A DNA stretch of 18,465 bases, taken from an archaeon. Lineage in GTDB: Archaea; Iainarchaeota; Iainarchaeia; Iainarchaeales; CSSED10-239. Under the pieces are notes generated by a model. The model was not told the origin of the DNA, made no database searches, and saw nothing but the letters and a program-made list of their open reading frames with translations. Location: contig DAOPNM010000009.1 of the NCBI GenBank assembly GCA_035357435.1, forward strand, positions 1 through 18,465, in the 5' to 3' direction. Positions 13,912 through 18,465 of this stretch are shown one piece after another; position 1 is the stretch's first letter, and the number at the start of each line of letters is the position of its first letter. Position numbers and translations under genes: made by a program.

Positions 13912-15162
13912 ATGATGTCAACACTTTTAATTTTTATTTTTTTAGCAAGCCTTTTTATAATTGGTTTTTTAGGAAATCAATTTTTTAAAAAAACAAAGAT
14001 TTCTGATATTGTTTTTCTTATTTTAATAGGTTTTCTTTTAGGTCCCTGTTTAAAGATAATACCAGAAACTGGTTTAAATCTATTGAAAGAGTTTGCACCT
14101 TTTTTTGGAGCTTTAGCTTTGATTATTTTATTGTTTGAAGGTGGTTTACATCTTAATTTTTATAAAGTTATTAAAGAATTTGGAAGAGGATTTTCTTTTG
14201 CATTTCTTATTTTTGTTTTAACATCTTTATTAATAACTATATTTTTATTTTTTGTTTTTGATTTTCCTTTTTTCTATGGATTATTGATTGGAGTTATTTT
14301 AGCAGGGACATGTTCAGCAGTTGTAGTTCCTTTAATATCAAAATCAAAAGCCAATGCTAAAACAAAAATATTATTAACCTTAGAATCTGCAATTACAGAT
14401 GTTCTTTGTGTAGTTGGTGCTCTTATAATTTTAGATATAATAATTGCAAAAACAACAACTGCTCAAGTAATTACACAAACTATTTTTGGAGCATTTGCTA
14501 TTGCTGCAGTTATTGGAATATTGGGTGCAATAATCTGGTTACATATATTAAGAGATTTTCCTGGTACCCATGAATATAGTTATCTATTAACTTTATCAGT
14601 TTTATTTTTATTATATGCACTTACAGAATTTGCAAAAGGAAATGGTGCTTTTACAGCTTTAGTTTTTGGTATAATTATGGGTAATAGTAAAGAAATTTTA
14701 AGAATGTTAAGAACAAAAGAGTTTACTATTGATTATACATTTAGTAAATTCCAGGCAGAAATATCTTTGTTTGTAAAAACTTTCTTTTTTGTTTATCTTG
14801 GTTTAATTTTAGAATTAACATCTGTAACCTTTAAGGTTTTTGTAATAGCTATATGTATAGTTGTCCTTGCTGTTTTGGCTAGATGGGTTGTAAGTAAGAT
14901 TGTTATAAAAAAAGAAGAATTAAAATATAATCAAAAATATATAATGTCTCTGCATGCAAGAGGTTTGGCAGCAGCAGTTTTAGCAACCTATCCATTGGCT
15001 TTGGGTATAATAAATGAATATACCTCAATTATATTACCATTAACCTTCTTAGTAATTATTATAACCAATATAAGTGCCACAATTTGGTTTTATAAAGCAG
15101 AGAAAACGGCTATTAAAAACCAGGATAATTCCAAAATTTCATCAAATAATAATTGTGCTTAA
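13912..15162 (+). CDS. Cation:proton antiporter (Na+/H+ exchanger superfamily, CPA-type), no RCK/KTN domain
   Basis: Polytopic membrane protein of about 11-13 TM. It has typical CPA blocks: LGPCLKII..., [32 protein letters not shown] and LESAITDVLCVVGALI. The start is only 18 nt after tRNA-Ile. Confidence 0.8.
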   Translation: MMSTLLIFIFLASLFIIGFLGNQFFKKTKISDIVFLILIGFLLGPCLKIIPETGLNLLKEFAPFFGALALIILLFEGGLHLNFYKVIKEFGRGFSFAFLIFVLTSLLITIFLFFVFDFPFFYGLLIGVILAGTCSAVVVPLISKSKANAKTKILLTLESAITDVLCVVGALIILDIIIAKTTTAQVITQTIFGAFAIAAVIGILGAIIWLHILRDFPGTHEYSYLLTLSVLFLLYALTEFAKGNGAFTALVFGIIMGNSKEILRMLRTKEFTIDYTFSKFQAEISLFVKTFFFVYLGLILELTSVTFKVFVIAICIVVLAVLARWVVSKIVIKKEELKYNQKYIMSLHARGLAAAVLATYPLALGIINEYTSIILPLTFLVIIITNISATIWFYKAEKTAIKNQDNSKISSNNNCA

Positions 15163-15211
15163 TTTTTTATTTATTTTGATATATACTACTTATACAAATA
15201 TGTGATTATTT

Positions 15212-18094
15212 ATGCAAGAGCAAGCAATATGTTTTAAAGAAAATATGTTTTCCCCAAAAGCAGAAGAATATATTCAAAGTTATTGGAAAGAAAATGATGT
15301 TGTTTCTAGAGTAAGAAATAAACCTTCTGATAAAAATTATTATTTTATAGATGGCCCCCCTTATGCAACAGGGAAATTACATTTAGGTACAGCTATGAAT
15401 AGAATGTTAAAAGATGTGATTATCCGTTATCATAGGCAAAAAGGATATAGAGTATTAGACATTCCTGGATTTGATACACATGGTGTCCCTACTGAAAGAA
15501 TGGTTCAATTAAAATATAATTTGAAAACAAAAGAGGAAATAGAAAGTTTTGGAATAGATAATTTTATTAAAGAATGCCGACAGTTTGCAACTAAACATAT
15601 TCAAGATATGTCTAATGAAATTTTTAATCTTGGACAATGGATGGATTGGGAGCACCCATATATTACATTAGATCCACAATATATGGAATCAGAATGGTGG
15701 ACTTTTAAGAAAGCATATGAAAAAGGGTTATTGTATCATGGGAAATATCCAATACATGTTTGTCCAGAATGTGAAACCTCTCTTTCATTTAATGAAATAG
15801 AGCATGAAGATAGAAAAGATACTTCTATTTATGTAAAAATGCAATCTGTAGATGATCCACATCTTTATTATGTCATTTGGACAACAACCCCTTGGACATT
15901 GCCAGCAAATTTAGGGATAATGGTTAATCCAAGTTTTAAATATGTGGAAGTGATTGTTGGTCAAGACAAATATATTTTAGCAAAAGATTTAGTTGAGAGA
16001 CTTACCAATTTTTTTGGTTGGAAAAATTATTCTTTGGGTAAAGAATATTTAGGAAAAGATTTAGAAGGAAAAAAATATAAACCTCTTTTAGAAGAATGGA
16101 TTACTTTATCTCAAGAAGATAGACAAAAAAGTTATAAAATTCTTTTGTCTCCAAGATATGTTCATTTAGAAGATGGAACAGGTTTAGTCCATACAGCTCC
16201 TGGTCATGGTAAAGAAGATTATGAAGTTGGAAAAGAATATGGTTTGCCAATTTATTGTCCAGTTACCCTTAAAGGTACCTATGATGAAACTGTTCCAAAG
16301 TTTAGTGGTCAGAAAGTAAAACCATTAGATCCAATAATAATAGATTATTTACAAAAGAAAGGCGCAATTATTAAAGAAGAACCAATTGTTCATTCTTATC
16401 CAATTTGTTGGAGATGTAAATCTCCTTTATTGCAAGTTTCTTTGCCTCAATGGTTTTTAAGAATTGAACCTATGAAAGAAAGATTAATAGAATTAAATAA
16501 TACACAAGTTTCTTGGTATCCATCCTGGGCAAAAGATAGATTTAATGATTGGTTAAATACAATTTCAGACTGGCCAATTTCAAGATCCAGATATTGGGGC
16601 ACTCCAATACCTATATGGGTGGATGAAAAAGGAGAAATTTATGTTTTTGGTTCTTTAAAGGAACTTAAAGAAAAAGTTCCAGATTTAGATTTAAATATGG
16701 ATTTTCATAAACCAGAAATTGATAAAATAACTTTTAAAACAAAAAATGGGGTTGCAAAAAGAATTCCAGATGTATTTGATGTTTGGTTTGATTCAGGTAT
16801 TGCAAGTTGGGCAGGGATAGGTTATCCTCAATCTCAAGAGTTGTTTGATAAATATTGGCCAGCAGATATAACTATAGAAGGAAGTGATCAAATAAGAGGT
16901 TGGTGGAACTCTCAATTGATTTGTTCTGCAATTGTTTTTGATAAATCTCCTTATAAACATGTTTCTTTACATGGTTTGGTTTTAGATGAACATGGAAGTA
17001 AGTTGTCTAAATCTTTAGGAAACGATAGGCCATTAGATAAATGGATTTCAGATTATTCAAGAGATTATTTAAGATATTATTTTGCAAAAGAATATAATGG
17101 CGAAGACATTCGTTTAGATAGAAAAAAATTTAGTGATGTTAAAAGAATGTTTGATCTTTTAGAAAATATTTTTAATTTTTTAAAAATTTATACAGAGGAT
17201 CCTGTTTTTTTAACATCTATTGATTTAGATAAACAAGATTTAAGATTAGAAGATAAATGGATTTTATCTAAGTTTTCGTTTATAGTAAATGAAGGATATA
17301 AAGCATATGAAAACACAGAGTTTTCTAAGGTTGTAAAGGATTTAGAAAAGTTTGTTTTAGAAGATCTAAGTAGAACATATATTAAACTTTTAAGAGATAG
17401 ACAAAAACCAAATGATGTATTAAATTATATCTTTTCAAATCTTTTAGTTTATGTTTCTCCAATAATCCCTCATTTTACAGAGTATATTTATTTAAAATAT
17501 ACTAAAAAACCAGAAGATTCAATACATCTTTTGCCTATTCCAAATGTTTCAGAAGAATTATATTCTAAAGAGTTAGAAGACAATTTTGATTTAGTTTTAA
17601 GTATTGTTCAAACAGGTTTGTCTTTAAGGGAAGAAAACAAGTTTAGATTAAGATGGTTATTGCCTAGAATGGTTATTGAAATTTTAGATTCAAAAAGTTT
17701 AGAAGGGATAAAACCATTTAAGACTGTTTTAGAACAAATGTTGAATGTAAATGAAATTGTTATTTTAGGGACTCCTTTGAAAAATAATTTTGTATCAAAG
17801 GTAGTTTCTGAAAATGTAAAAGTGTATTTAGATAAAGATATTTCTAGTGAATATAAAGATATTTGGGAAAAAAGTGAATTAACAAGAATAATTCAAGATA
17901 CAAGAAAGAAAAAGCAATTAAATCCAAAAGACAAAATAAAAATACAAATTGGTTGTTCTGATAATTCTTTTTTGGAAAAATACAAAACAGATATAGAGAA
18001 TTCTACAAATTCTGTTTTAGAAATTGTAAATATCTCACAAATCCCAGGAAATAAACAAACATTGATTTCTAGAGATGTTTGCTTTTTGTTTTAA
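15212..18094 (+). CDS. ileS: Isoleucyl-tRNA synthetase (archaeal/eukaryotic type)
   Basis: FIDGPPYATGKLHLGTAMNRMLKD (HIGH region), PGFDTHGVPTE, editing-domain WTTTPWTLPANLGIMVNP and GTGLVHTAPGHGKEDYEVG. CWRCKSPL, DWPISRSRYWGTPIPIW and KMSKS as KLSKS (nt 17000-17014) are also present. An alternative start Met lies at codon 12 (15245). Confidence 0.92.
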   Translation: MQEQAICFKENMFSPKAEEYIQSYWKENDVVSRVRNKPSDKNYYFIDGPPYATGKLHLGTAMNRMLKDVIIRYHRQKGYRVLDIPGFDTHGVPTERMVQLKYNLKTKEEIESFGIDNFIKECRQFATKHIQDMSNEIFNLGQWMDWEHPYITLDPQYMESEWWTFKKAYEKGLLYHGKYPIHVCPECETSLSFNEIEHEDRKDTSIYVKMQSVDDPHLYYVIWTTTPWTLPANLGIMVNPSFKYVEVIVGQDKYILAKDLVERLTNFFGWKNYSLGKEYLGKDLEGKKYKPLLEEWITLSQEDRQKSYKILLSPRYVHLEDGTGLVHTAPGHGKEDYEVGKEYGLPIYCPVTLKGTYDETVPKFSGQKVKPLDPIIIDYLQKKGAIIKEEPIVHSYPICWRCKSPLLQVSLPQWFLRIEPMKERLIELNNTQVSWYPSWAKDRFNDWLNTISDWPISRSRYWGTPIPIWVDEKGEIYVFGSLKELKEKVPDLDLNMDFHKPEIDKITFKTKNGVAKRIPDVFDVWFDSGIASWAGIGYPQSQELFDKYWPADITIEGSDQIRGWWNSQLICSAIVFDKSPYKHVSLHGLVLDEHGSKLSKSLGNDRPLDKWISDYSRDYLRYYFAKEYNGEDIRLDRKKFSDVKRMFDLLENIFNFLKIYTEDPVFLTSIDLDKQDLRLEDKWILSKFSFIVNEGYKAYENTEFSKVVKDLEKFVLEDLSRTYIKLLRDRQKPNDVLNYIFSNLLVYVSPIIPHFTEYIYLKYTKKPEDSIHLLPIPNVSEELYSKELEDNFDLVLSIVQTGLSLREENKFRLRWLLPRMVIEILDSKSLEGIKPFKTVLEQMLNVNEIVILGTPLKNNFVSKVVSENVKVYLDKDISSEYKDIWEKSELTRIIQDTRKKKQLNPKDKIKIQIGCSDNSFLEKYKTDIENSTNSVLEIVNISQIPGNKQTLISRDVCFLF

Positions 18095-18156
18095 TTTTTT
18101 TAATTATATTTTGTTTGTTTTTCCAAATATATAAATACATTTTTAAATATTATGCA

Positions 18157-18179
18157 TTCTAATATTTGTTATATTAGAA
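18157..18179. promoter_or_regulatory. 9-bp perfect palindrome TTCTAATAT-ttgtt-ATATTAGAA upstream of the signal-peptide gene
   Basis: Arms at 18157-18165 and 18171-18179, read directly. It lies 34-56 nt upstream of the ATG at 18213. It is a candidate operator or RNA hairpin. Confidence 0.3.
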
Positions 18180-18212
18180 ATAATAAAAATAATTATTTAA
18201 TGATGATTACTC

Positions 18213-18465
18213 ATGGAAAAAAAGATTATTTTGTTTAGCACAATTATGTTTGTGGTTATTGTATTTTGTTCAATATTTGTAAATGCAGAAACATTAACTA
18301 TTTCTGCTCCTATTAAAAAACATAATGTTCCAATGGTTATAAAAATAGCAGGATCTACTAACATAAATTCTACAAATTGGGATACAAGTTGTTCAAATGG
18401 GAATTGTTTTTTTGATATTAAATTTAGTGTTCCTGGTAATTCTAATATAAGACATATTTCTGTTC
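18213..18465 (+). CDS. Secreted or surface protein, 5' partial (runs off the window end)
   Basis: My own translation, not in the supplied track: MEKKIILFSTIMFVVIVFCSIFVNAETLTISAPIKKHNVPMVIKIAGSTNINSTNWDTSCSNGNCFFDIKFSVPGNSNIRHISV. It has no stop to the window end. The start has a classic signal peptide layout: KK n-region, hydrophobic core, VNA-E cleavage-like site. Confidence 0.55.
   Translation, partial: MEKKIILFSTIMFVVIVFCSIFVNAETLTISAPIKKHNVPMVIKIAGSTNINSTNWDTSCSNGNCFFDIKFSVPGNSNIRHISV

Noticed and set aside
18200-18206. C-box-like ATGATGA just upstream of the last ORF (possible C/D box sRNA).
   Set aside because: No CTGA D box or C'/D' elements lie at a suitable distance, and no terminal stem is present. 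The heptamer is expected by chance in AT-rich DNA.

Overview
Visibly AT-rich, Lys/Ile/Asn-rich, tightly packed archaeal chromosome segment. I call 20 protein genes (19 on +, 1 on -) and 3 tRNAs. Product calls come from reading motifs in the supplied translations; no database search was possible.

Nt 1-4796 is the archaeal alpha-operon-equivalent cluster: uS13, uS4, uS11, RpoD, tRNA-Leu(UAA), L18e, uL13, uS9, RpoN, uS2. It ends in a hairpin plus T9 tract. Downstream lie a TrmB-family regulator, a small 2-TM protein, archaeal GluRS, an MBL-fold hydrolase and a P2-type (Ca2+-like) P-type ATPase. Then come UppP and tRNA-Thr(UGU) on the minus strand, an Obg-family GTPase with NKxD, a minimal single-OB SSB and tRNA-Ile(UAU). 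A CPA-type cation/proton antiporter, IleRS and the 5' end of a signal-peptide protein finish the window.

Gene content, r-protein types, SD-like GGTG(A) motifs fused to upstream stop codons, and the compaction suggest a small-genome DPANN-like archaeon (inference). The code looks standard, with TAA, TAG and TGA all used as stops.

I see no CRISPR array, transposase, integrase, toxin-antitoxin pair or recognisable defence or secondary-metabolite system. I cannot support a claim of a novel multi-gene system here.

The most noteworthy signals:
- A genomically encoded tRNA-Ile with anticodon UAU, a rare route for decoding AUA in archaea.
- A perfect 19-nt tandem duplication carrying a TATA-like box directly upstream of that tRNA.
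- Only 18 nt between that tRNA and the antiporter gene, and an IleRS about 1.3 kb downstream whose HIGH signature reads HLGT.
- A 102-aa tail-less SSB.
- A trailer hairpin that competes with the tRNA-Leu acceptor stem inside the r-protein operon.
- Low-complexity charged extensions on uS13, uS4 and uS2.
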